Assembly: GCA_016183765.1 (NCBI GenBank)
Contig: JACPEA010000007.1
Coordinates: 152,076 to 216,075, forward strand
DNA length: 64,000 bases
Source of the DNA: Bacteroidota bacterium
GTDB taxonomy: Bacteria; Bacteroidota; Bacteroidia; Chitinophagales; Chitinophagaceae
Reading direction: 5' to 3'
The translations under genes were made by a program, and so were the position numbers. Position 1 is the first letter of the stretch. Each line of letters opens with the position of its first letter. Positions 19,966 through 28,768 of this stretch are shown here, piece after piece. Below the pieces are notes generated by a model. The model ran no database searches. It worked only from the letters and a program-made list of their open reading frames with translations, and was not told the origin of the DNA.

Positions 19966-20260
19966 TAGTAGATTGTTTAGGTAACATTACAAGCAACTTT
20001 ACAATGTACGTTATTTTATAAAAAATATAAAATATTTATCTTATATATTGATGAACAAGTAATGGATAGTTAAATAAATGAAGTAGTCAATTCGCTACTT
20101 TTAGAGCAAATAACTTCTGTAAATAGCATTTTACAATGAGCCCACATGCTATATATACACGTGCTAAATGTCAGTATGAAATTGCCCCCACAACTTTTTT
20201 GAATCCCCCTTGTGTCCCCCCGGGGTATATGTTTGATGTATATTATATGGGCAACTAAAA

Positions 20261-20314
20261 TGTTTACCCATTGTTTACCCCTTAATAAAAAAAACCTCAT
20301 AAGTCAATGACTTA
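20261..20314. other. Putative integrase arm-type sites and palindrome at the end of the cassette island
   Basis: TGTTTACCC repeated at 20261-20269 and 20272-20280; palindrome TAAGTCA-A-TGACTTA at 20300-20314, just outside the left att. Confidence 0.5.
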
Positions 20315-20336
20315 CAAGGCTTCTTATTTACTACTG

Positions 20337-20353
20337 GTGAACCGGATTGGATT
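20337..20353 (+). repeat. Left att core of the prophage (copy of the tRNA-Arg 3' end)
   Basis: GTGAACCGGATTGGATT, identical to 59640-59656. Confidence 0.93.
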
Positions 20354-20490
20354 AACAGGCATGTTTTCTGAAACCCTTTCCAGTACTGCGTTTCAGCCCC
20401 AACTATCAGATAACCAGTGAATTGTGGGTTTAAATCTATTCCCTCAAGTGTTATCCGGCGCAGAAAAGTGTAGTTAAAACCACTACTTTC

Positions 20491-20510
20491 GGTTAGGACA
20501 GCGTTAGGAA
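20491..20510 (+). other. Putative integrase arm-binding sites (left arm)
   Basis: GGTTAGGAC-AGCGTTAGGAA; AGCGTTAGGAA recurs at 59576-59586 inside the right end. Confidence 0.6.
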
Positions 20511-20512
20511 AA

Positions 20513-21313
20513 ATGAAACGATATAGTGTCAATCTCATTCTCTGGAGACACGACCCTGTCGGAGAGCTCAAAGATCAGTACCCAATTTACCTGAAAATTG
20601 TCGTTGAGGGAAAGAAATCTTACATCTCCACCGGAGTCGTTGTAAAGGCTATACAGTGGGATAGCAGTAATCAGTGCGTGGTGGCTCACCCGACCGCCCG
20701 GCTGCTTAACATGGATCTCACCAATCGCAAAAGCCAGGCTTTGCAGCGCATCATTAATTTGGAGCTGGGTGGAAAGGACTTCTCAGCCTTATCGCTGAAG
20801 CAGCAGCTGATAGGAACCAATCCATCCAACATCTTTGACTTCATCGATCGCTACTATGCTGAGGTGCGGGACAAACGTTCTACAGGTACTCTGATTCAGT
20901 ATCGCAAGCATCGAAACACACTCAAAGCCTTTCATGGTTCTGATGATCTTACCTTCGAACAGATAACTCCGGATTACCTGCTGAAGTTTGAGACACACCT
21001 GCGGAAGGAGATGAAGAACAATTACATCAACTCCATATTCAGGATGTACAAGGCCTTCTTCAATGCAGCCATCAAACGTGGTGTCACTACCAACTATCCT
21101 CTGCAGGGTGCAAATCCTGAAGACTGGGGTAAGCCTACAGCATTCGCTGCTGCCGGCGTACAGTACAGCGTCTATCTGCTCACCGGTGAGACCAGCGAAA
21201 GCTCTCCGACTCCGGTTGAAAAGCATGTAGACAAGAGCACTATCATCCTGGCTATTCCTTCCAATGGAGCAGCCAACGCTGATGTAGCTGTAAAAGGTAT
21301 CCTTGCCCTGTAA
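20513..21313 (+). pseudogene. Chimeric ORF: tyrosine integrase N-terminus (arm-binding + SAM-like core-binding domains) fused in frame at about 21100 to an unrelated 70 aa C-terminus, probably from a capsid-module gene
   Basis: YPIYLKIVVEGKKSYISTG (Bacteroidota arm-binding domain) and LTFEQITPDYLLKFETHL...FFNAAIKRG (SAM-like domain) stop at TNYP. There are no R-H-R-Y catalytic residues. The tail LQGANPEDWGK...TIILAIP is not integrase-like. Confidence 0.8.
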
Positions 21314-21344
21314 GCGTAGAGCACTTCTGTAACACTTTATATCC

Positions 21345-21376
21345 ACAGGCGGGGGTTTTCTCCGCCTGTTTTGTTA
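21345..21376 (+). terminator. Intrinsic terminator after the chimeric ORF
   Basis: ACAGGCGG-gggttttct-CCGCCTGT followed by tttgtt. Confidence 0.75.
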
Positions 21377-21398
21377 TACTTGAAAACACCTTGCACAG

Positions 21399-22040
21399 AT
21401 GACTCCAAACGAAATCACCACGCTGATCGCCTCAAACCTGGATAAGGAACTGGATATGCCTTTTAAACTCCAACTGATGGAGCGGGTGAAATACTGGCGC
21501 AGCCGGTTACTGGTCAATACCGTAAACAAGGATCCCTTCCAGCGACGGTTCTTCAAACAGACCCTGTATCTGACCATGGAGCCTTCTTCCAAGATTCGCT
21601 GTGCATCGCTGGTGAACATACCAGTGTCGGCCACACAGGTGGCAGTGCCGCAGGAGGTTATCGCCGGAAGCGTACAGTTCGACTACGTAGGTGGCGCAGA
21701 CGGTTCGTCTCCCTTTCAGCAACTGCAGGCCGGTACAGAGCTTTATCTCAGTAGCGGTAAATTCTACCCTCTCTGCGGACACTACGAATTCATCAACCGT
21801 TTCATAGTTACAGACAAGGAGCGATTACCGCTCATTCGCATTGACGCAATATTCGATGATCCTCAGTTGATACAGCAATTGAGTGCCGCTTGCACAGGAC
21901 AGACCTGCGACACGTGGAACCAGGAGTTTCCGGTAAACAATCAGATCATGCAACTGATCGTGCAGTCCATACTGCAGGTCGATTACAACCGTGCTGAGCG
22001 CGAGGATACTCCACAGATAGAAGTAAATAACACTAAATGA
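21399..22040 (+). CDS. crAss-like conserved virion structural protein (neck/ring or portal-vertex family)
   Basis: Resembles the conserved genes that follow the capsid genes in crAss-like phages (FDYVG..DG..PF; IRIDAIFDDP). Supported by position. Confidence 0.6.
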   Translation: MTPNEITTLIASNLDKELDMPFKLQLMERVKYWRSRLLVNTVNKDPFQRRFFKQTLYLTMEPSSKIRCASLVNIPVSATQVAVPQEVIAGSVQFDYVGGADGSSPFQQLQAGTELYLSSGKFYPLCGHYEFINRFIVTDKERLPLIRIDAIFDDPQLIQQLSAACTGQTCDTWNQEFPVNNQIMQLIVQSILQVDYNRAEREDTPQIEVNNTK

Positions 22041-22041
22041 T

Positions 22042-22656
22042 ATGGCAAAACAGATACTAAAACCAAGGATGATCTACTTGCGTGAGATATACACTCAATT
22101 CGCGCAGAGTGAACTGGATAAACATCCTGAGTGGTGGGGAAAATATGAACAGAAGGTCAAGCTTAAAAACTGCTACATCTACGCCAAGGAGCGGGATCAT
22201 GTGGTACTGAAGATGAGCTGGTACAGCTTCAAGGAGATAGTAGAAAGCTACTTCCACAAAGCAAAGGCCGCTATCATCCAGGGTGAAACACTTCGCATCG
22301 GGGCCAGTGTCGGTAAGATACGAGCCATACGTGTAGAGCGGAATTTCTCCAACCCGGTGATAGACTGGGTGAAGACCTACACCAACAAGGAGTTCGATGA
22401 GAAGGGTCACCTGATCAAACGCTACTATACGGACGAAGACTGGTGCAGAATAGAGTGGGAGAAATTCGGTGTACTCAGCAATGAGAGCATCTACAACTTT
22501 TACCCGGCCACCCGTAACATGGCCACCAATAAAGGGTTCAAAGCAGAGTTTGTACAAGCCTTGCGAAAAGACCCGCTGTTGAAGTTTAAATACAAGTTCT
22601 ACCCATACGTGAAGGTAGAACGCAAACAGACCAAAGATGAACTACAACCTCTGTAG
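22042..22656 (+). CDS. crAss-like IHF/HU-like DNA-binding protein
   Basis: FKEIVESYFHKAKAAIIQGETLRIGASVGKIRAIRVER resembles the HU/IHF fold. It sits just before the tail genes, as in crAss-like phages. Confidence 0.6.
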   Translation: MAKQILKPRMIYLREIYTQFAQSELDKHPEWWGKYEQKVKLKNCYIYAKERDHVVLKMSWYSFKEIVESYFHKAKAAIIQGETLRIGASVGKIRAIRVERNFSNPVIDWVKTYTNKEFDEKGHLIKRYYTDEDWCRIEWEKFGVLSNESIYNFYPATRNMATNKGFKAEFVQALRKDPLLKFKYKFYPYVKVERKQTKDELQPL

Positions 22657-23428
22657 CATGCGCGAAGTGATCGGAAGGATCATCCGTAACACACGGTTAC
22701 AGGATTCTTCCTTCATTGAAAGTATGCATGACTGGATATTCGAAGCTGTCTCCATGATGAAGACCAAGCAGACACTGCAGGGTGACTGGGAGGAGGTCAA
22801 CGTGGTGTTTCACAAAGGACAGTGGCCATGCGGACTGGTGTATGTCGACGCGGTCGAGTACAATGGTAACCGCCTGGTTCATGGAGGTAGCGTACGGCCG
22901 GCGGAGAAAGAGACGGCCTATCTCAATCCAGCGAATGGAGACATCTTCTTCTCAGAGGTGAACAAAGTGCCTACCACAGAGAACCACAGCATCTATGTTA
23001 CCAAGATGACCGAGGCCAGAAGCCTGCCTGCGGGTAAAGATTACTACACCACTGATACACCCGGTTACATTACCACTTCATTCGCTGATGGTAAAGTGAC
23101 GGTGTATTTCAGGCGTTACCCGGTGGATAAGGATGGCATACCGATGATCCCTGACAATGAGAACTTCAAGCAGGCCATCTACTGGTACGTACGAGCCATG
23201 ATGATCGGTGCAGGTTACCCCGATAAGGCATTCTCCTACGAGCAGTGCTTTGAAAAGTTTGAGAAACTCTATGCGCCCAGGGCTGTGGCTGAGATCCGGT
23301 ATCCGACACCGGACGAGATGGAGCACAGGGTCAACACGTTTGTACGATTCATGCCACCTCAGAACTATTACGACAACTTCTTCCGGAACGATTTCGGAGA
23401 AGGTATTTATGATACCAAAGTCTGGTAA
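22637..23428 (+). CDS. Tail tubular / ring protein (P22 gp4-like family of crAss-like phages)
   Basis: REVIGRIIRN...DWIFEA start; YITTSFADGKVTVYFRRYPVDKDGIPMIPDNENFKQAIYWYV; directly precedes the stabilization gene. Confidence 0.7.
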   Translation: MNYNLCSMREVIGRIIRNTRLQDSSFIESMHDWIFEAVSMMKTKQTLQGDWEEVNVVFHKGQWPCGLVYVDAVEYNGNRLVHGGSVRPAEKETAYLNPANGDIFFSEVNKVPTTENHSIYVTKMTEARSLPAGKDYYTTDTPGYITTSFADGKVTVYFRRYPVDKDGIPMIPDNENFKQAIYWYVRAMMIGAGYPDKAFSYEQCFEKFEKLYAPRAVAEIRYPTPDEMEHRVNTFVRFMPPQNYYDNFFRNDFGEGIYDTKVW

Positions 23429-23431
23429 GTA

Positions 23432-26400
23432 ATGCAAAACTTTAAACGCCTCTCCCGTGACACTCGTCTTCAGGAGCAACCTGAGGGAACCATACCGTTT
23501 GGTAAGAACGGGATCGTTAACTACGTGAAGAACGCAGTGTACAACGAGCCCGGCTTTATCCCATCGGCCAGCGTCATTCCTTACAAGTACAACGGGGTGA
23601 TAGAGACGGATAAGTATCCCATTATCTTCAGTACCAACGATGTCAATTCAGCGATCGGCTTCTACAATCCTGACGAGGATACTTATATTCCCATCCTCAA
23701 TGATGCAACCCTGCCATTCAAGTTGGGCTTTAAGGTAGCAAACTTCATCACCGGTCAGGTACAGCGTAACTACAAAGGGGAATTGGTAGGCGCTTTCACA
23801 GATAAGGTGCTGAACCCCTTCTACCTGAACTTTGACAATCCCCAGGTCACTTCGCTGCAGGATATGCTGCTGTTCCCGGGCACCCAATCCCCAACAGTGA
23901 ACATCGCGCTCACCAGCGGGGGAACTCTGTTGCCGGGAGCCTACTATGTAGCTGTCAAGCTTCTCAAGAATGACGGTACTGAGACGGCCTACCTGACGGT
24001 GAGTGCCCCACAGATCGTGAGCGGTACCACCAATACAGTGACCGATAAGGCCATCCAGGTATCAGTAAGCCAGATAGATACGGAATACGAACTGGTACAG
24101 CTGGCCATCATCCGCAAAACCAACGGAGTGACCTCTGTTGTACAGCTGGCCAGCCCCATCACCGCTTCTGCGAATCTGACCTATATCTATACCGGCAATG
24201 AGCTCAGTGAAGACATTACACTGGAAGAGGTACTGATCGCCCCGGCACATTACACCAGGGTGGAGACGATCGGCCAGTTGAACGATGCACTCTACATCAC
24301 GGGACTGGATTCAGAACCGGAAGAGCGCTTACAGAAATACGTGAACAAGATCCGCCTCAAATGGCACAGCAGTCTGCTGACCATCAGTCCTGCCAGCGAT
24401 GATCTGAAGAATAGCAAGGAGAAGACCTTCATGCACGATGAGGTGGGTGCTTTCTATATCCGATTCCGGAAGACATCCGGCGGCTTCACCAAGAACTTCC
24501 ATATACCTGGGCCAGCGCTAACCAGCGACCAGAAGTCTCCCTCTACAGTAGCTACTGCTGAGGGACTGGTGGCCAGCAAGTTCCAGGTGGATGATATCAT
24601 CACTGTCTTTGATGCTGCTTCTAAAAGTGGCTACTGCAGTGGGTATGCGAATGCCTCTGAAACCTATCCTAATACCGACGATTACAACTCCAGTGCTGTG
24701 GGCGGGGAAGATCTCCGCAACCAACCTGTAAGGCATCACCGATTCCCATCGATCCAGTGGTGCAAGGATAACCTCTACAGCGGTAATCCTGCCTACGGTA
24801 AAACGGCCCTGGATAAGCTGGGTATATCAGTGGAGAATATCGTACTGCCCAATAAGTACGCTTCAGCTTTCAACGGGTATGAGATACTGTATGCAAAGCG
24901 CAATATCGCCAATTCGACTGTACTGGGGCAGAGTCTCCTGCTGTTTGGCGCCAGGGCCAAGGGACAGACCGAATTCTCTCCGGCCAACTTCTACTCGACC
25001 GGCGGTAACTTTCACTCCGAGATCAACTACAAGAGCGGTGGTGATACTCTGTATGTAGACCAGAGCATCTTCCACCTGCATCCTTTCGATACACTATACA
25101 ACAGACCGGCTGTAAAGCCAGACTATCTTTCGCTGCAGTTACAGCTGAAGCGGGAACCGCTGACAACAACACCCAATCAGAACAGCGGTAGTTTCATAGA
25201 GGACGGCGGCCCGGATCAGGATCGCGGTACCGTGTTTCTGTTCGATTACATTACCAGCGGACTGACCCCCACCAGCCCAACCAAGAAGCTGAAAGCTGTC
25301 AAGGATACCCAGTACGTACCTAATCACGTGGAGATCGGTAAGTGGAAGAACAAGGGTATTGAGACCTTCTTCGGCGGACGGATAACCAATCCTGAGGCAT
25401 TGATAGCCAGCGGCAATGTGGACACCAACCAGGTATGGACAGATCGTGGCCGGCGTAAAGGAGTCACTACAGAGACCACCTTTCTGACCAACATGAAAGC
25501 CATTCGCTCCAATGTATACCTGCCCTTTACCGGTCAATCGCTGGTAAGAGCTGGAGTGTCCCCCAGCCTGACAGCGTCTCCCGTATTGTACGGCGGCGAC
25601 AGCTTCATCAGCGACTACACGTTCCACACATACGGCTCCTGGTCATTTGCCTACGGAGGTGACAACGAGAGCCAGAATAAGACAGGTACCATCACCGTGC
25701 GTAGGTTTATCTGTGAGACGGCCAGTAATCTGTACAGCCGTTTTGAGGACGCTGCAAATCCTTACAGCCGGTATTATCCCGTCAGTACCTTGGCCCCGGG
25801 AGACCCGAGCAACTACACCAGAACCTGGATCCGCTCCAGCGACCCTAATCAGTTTGGATACAGCAAGGACAGTAATGCACTGGATGACCTGATATCCACC
25901 TCTATATTCGACACCTACGTGGAAAGCGTGACATCGCACCCGTACCGGATACACCGTGGCGGTAAACTCAGCCGACAGACCAAGTTCAGAAGCTGGAAGA
26001 CCTTCCTGCCGCTGGATTACTACGAGATGCAGAAGAACATGGGCCGACCCGTCAACCTGGAAGGTATGGATGACCGGTTGCTGATCCACTGTGAGAACGC
26101 GCTGTTCCTTACACAGGATAAGGCCAAGCTGGAGAGCGACCTGATCGGTGTTACACTGGGCTCAGGAGATATTTTCCGCTTTGAGCCTCAGGAAGGACTG
26201 AGCGCCAAACTCGGTTATGCCGGTACCCAACATCAACTGGCCTGTGTGCGTACACCGTTTGGTTATGTATTCATAGACTCTGACCAGGGACAGTTGTTTC
26301 TGTACAAAGGAACACCGAAGCTGATCAATAACTGGATGAACACTTTCTTCCAGCAGTATCTCAGACTGAAGGAAATCAACGTCTTCAATGGTAATGGGTA

Positions 26401-28768
26401 CACGATCGGTTATGACCCACAGTTCAAACGACTGCTGCTGACCGTCAAGAACAGACGCCTGGCCTCAGGTGCTGATGTGCCTACCTATACAGACAGTATG
26501 CTGCCTACACTGGAGACCGGTGATATCGTATACAAAGACGGCCGCATGCAGCGATTCCTAGGCATCAACAATCCGGGAACCACCCTTGTGAACTGTGAGG
26601 TACCAAGTGCTGGCTCCATATCTAATTTTACAGCTACGATACCGGAGACCACCGCAGTGGGAACTGTGATCGGTAACGTGGGTGGAACCCATGTAAAAGA
26701 TCGTTTTCTCTCTGGAGACACTACGCCATTCAGCATGAATGCCGCCGGGGCCATATCTGTAACGAGTCCGCTGGATTACTACAAACAGAATACTTACAAC
26801 TTCACCGGTGGAGCCACAGGCGATGATGGTGCCCCAGTAACCTTCAGTGTCACCATCAATGTTACACTGGTAGCTTCAGCTCCGACCTTAGGAGACGGTG
26901 AGGTGACCATACTGGATACAGCCATCAATAATGATGAGCTGTTCACTGCCGTAGGTGTAAGCCGCGGTGGTCTTGCCATTGCTTATGCGATCACTGCCGG
27001 CAATGATGGCGCCTTCTCTATAAACAGCTCCACGGGTGTAGTCAAGGTAGCGGATGCTTCTAAGCTGGACGGTATCAATAAACCACGATATGATCTAACC
27101 ATCACTGCTACCACAACTGAAGGAACCGGAACTGCCACACTAATAGTGCATGTACTGCACGTGAACCGGCCACCGGTGCCCAGTAACCTGGAGATAACCA
27201 TCCTGGATACAACGGCTACCGGTGCTGAAGTATTGGTACTGGATACAGACGGGCTGGACCTGGAAAAAGATCCATTGAGCTTTGTACTGGTCGACCAGAC
27301 AGTGCCTGGAGTATTCCAGTTCAATCCGGCCACACTAACCATCAAGCTGGTGAACAACAGTTTGCTGGATCCATCGGTGAAAGCGGTGCATGTATTACAG
27401 ATGACAGTCAGTGACCCGTACCATAACCCGGTACCGTTCACAGTGACCATCAACGTGAAATACGACAGGGCCAGCGTGGCCTTCGAACCTGCAACACCTT
27501 CCTGTACCGGTAGTGCGCCTACCTGCGCTCCCGGATATACCTTGAGCCCTGACCAGACAACCTGTACCAAGGTAACCACTACCCCTGCGGCCAGCAGCGG
27601 CGGTTCAGGTATAGGATTGCAGCACTACTCTTACAGTCAATATTCTCTCTGGGGCTCTATCATTTATCCTGAAGGAACATACGGAAATGATGGAGCTGTA
27701 AACCAGAAAGTTGATACATCACTGATACTTGCTTCTGCACCCCTGTTTGGATACAAGCCTGTGGGAGAGTCTACTTATGCTGGCAGTCTTTGGGGTAACC
27801 CTACCTCAGGTACTGCTCAGGATGGTACCACCGGCCGCCTGAACCGTACTGGTGTATGGAAACAGGGTAGTCAGGTATACATGGGAGAACTCGGCTTTAG
27901 TCGGCAGTTCAATATCCCGGCTACCGGTAAGTATCTGATCGGTGTGGGAGCAGATGATGCTGCCACCATCAAGATCAACGGGGTGACCATCGTATCCCAA
28001 AACCTGACAGCCATCAATGCTTCTTTCAATACCTACTATGCAGCGGGTGTCGCTGGAACAGCAGATCTGTTCCGGTACTGGCATGTGTACGAGATGACCC
28101 TGAATGCAGGTGTGAACATCATATCCGTTTCCAGTAACAATACAGGGTCTATCGGTTTGATCGGGGTGGAAGTGTACAGTGCCACCATTACTCAGCTCAA
28201 AGCTCTCACCAATGAAAGCGAACTGGCCCCGTACATCATCTTCTCCTCAGCGAAACCAGCCTTTGGCTCAGTAGATGACGGTGATTTCTCTGATATCGGT
28301 ACCTACAATTGTGATGCGCATCCCGGTTACGTCCTGGTATATGACCCTGCCACCAGTGCATACAGCTGCCGATTGATCGAAACTGCCACACCAACACCGG
28401 GAACCAGTACACGTGCATGGGCGCAGATCGCTGTAAGGGATGTGAGGCTGTCCAAGCTTATACAATACAAGGATAACCTGAACCTGACGCCAAAGGCCAA
28501 ATTCCAGGATATCGACGTGCCTTACTACGCTCCTGTACTGAACCATCTGGATTGCGGAGGCACTGTGGTCAGCTTCCTGAATGCAGCCAAGTCTGGTAGC
28601 GCTCAGAAGCTCAACTGTACTACCGGTACGGGCAGTATTGTCAAGTACACAGTACCTGCCGGCAGTTATATGCAGACAGACTCACAGGCATCTGTAGATG
28701 CTATAGCACAGACAGAGGCTGATGCCAATAAACAATCTTACGCTAACACAAACGGCACTTGCTCATGA
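23432..28768 (+). CDS. Tail stabilization / muzzle protein (N-terminal part) extended with three cadherin-like domains, a PA14-like domain and a C-terminal DUF5977-like domain
   Basis: Start RLSRDTRLQEQPEGT; core GDSFISDYTF and GSGDIF..EP..GYAGTQH. Cadherin-like repeats at about 26600-27470, GADDAATIKING (PA14-like), and VKYTVPAGSY...SQASVDAIA...ANKQSYANTNGTC (DUF5977-like). Confidence 0.75.
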   Translation: MQNFKRLSRDTRLQEQPEGTIPFGKNGIVNYVKNAVYNEPGFIPSASVIPYKYNGVIETDKYPIIFSTNDVNSAIGFYNPDEDTYIPILNDATLPFKLGFKVANFITGQVQRNYKGELVGAFTDKVLNPFYLNFDNPQVTSLQDMLLFPGTQSPTVNIALTSGGTLLPGAYYVAVKLLKNDGTETAYLTVSAPQIVSGTTNTVTDKAIQVSVSQIDTEYELVQLAIIRKTNGVTSVVQLASPITASANLTYIYTGNELSEDITLEEVLIAPAHYTRVETIGQLNDALYITGLDSEPEERLQKYVNKIRLKWHSSLLTISPASDDLKNSKEKTFMHDEVGAFYIRFRKTSGGFTKNFHIPGPALTSDQKSPSTVATAEGLVASKFQVDDIITVFDAASKSGYCSGYANASETYPNTDDYNSSAVGGEDLRNQPVRHHRFPSIQWCKDNLYSGNPAYGKTALDKLGISVENIVLPNKYASAFNGYEILYAKRNIANSTVLGQSLLLFGARAKGQTEFSPANFYSTGGNFHSEINYKSGGDTLYVDQSIFHLHPFDTLYNRPAVKPDYLSLQLQLKREPLTTTPNQNSGSFIEDGGPDQDRGTVFLFDYITSGLTPTSPTKKLKAVKDTQYVPNHVEIGKWKNKGIETFFGGRITNPEALIASGNVDTNQVWTDRGRRKGVTTETTFLTNMKAIRSNVYLPFTGQSLVRAGVSPSLTASPVLYGGDSFISDYTFHTYGSWSFAYGGDNESQNKTGTITVRRFICETASNLYSRFEDAANPYSRYYPVSTLAPGDPSNYTRTWIRSSDPNQFGYSKDSNALDDLISTSIFDTYVESVTSHPYRIHRGGKLSRQTKFRSWKTFLPLDYYEMQKNMGRPVNLEGMDDRLLIHCENALFLTQDKAKLESDLIGVTLGSGDIFRFEPQEGLSAKLGYAGTQHQLACVRTPFGYVFIDSDQGQLFLYKGTPKLINNWMNTFFQQYLRLKEINVFNGNGYTIGYDPQFKRLLLTVKNRRLASGADVPTYTDSMLPTLETGDIVYKDGRMQRFLGINNPGTTLVNCEVPSAGSISNFTATIPETTAVGTVIGNVGGTHVKDRFLSGDTTPFSMNAAGAISVTSPLDYYKQNTYNFTGGATGDDGAPVTFSVTINVTLVASAPTLGDGEVTILDTAINNDELFTAVGVSRGGLAIAYAITAGNDGAFSINSSTGVVKVADASKLDGINKPRYDLTITATTTEGTGTATLIVHVLHVNRPPVPSNLEITILDTTATGAEVLVLDTDGLDLEKDPLSFVLVDQTVPGVFQFNPATLTIKLVNNSLLDPSVKAVHVLQMTVSDPYHNPVPFTVTINVKYDRASVAFEPATPSCTGSAPTCAPGYTLSPDQTTCTKVTTTPAASSGGSGIGLQHYSYSQYSLWGSIIYPEGTYGNDGAVNQKVDTSLILASAPLFGYKPVGESTYAGSLWGNPTSGTAQDGTTGRLNRTGVWKQGSQVYMGELGFSRQFNIPATGKYLIGVGADDAATIKINGVTIVSQNLTAINASFNTYYAAGVAGTADLFRYWHVYEMTLNAGVNIISVSSNNTGSIGLIGVEVYSATITQLKALTNESELAPYIIFSSAKPAFGSVDDGDFSDIGTYNCDAHPGYVLVYDPATSAYSCRLIETATPTPGTSTRAWAQIAVRDVRLSKLIQYKDNLNLTPKAKFQDIDVPYYAPVLNHLDCGGTVVSFLNAAKSGSAQKLNCTTGTGSIVKYTVPAGSYMQTDSQASVDAIAQTEADANKQSYANTNGTCS

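Larger units (their letters stand above)
12813..20336 (-). mobile_element. Integron-like gene-cassette array / defence island without an adjacent integrase
   Basis: Four co-oriented units separated by attC-like sites, each with a 26-58 nt leader. GC is about one third on sampled lines versus about 50% in the flanks. Confidence 0.7.
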
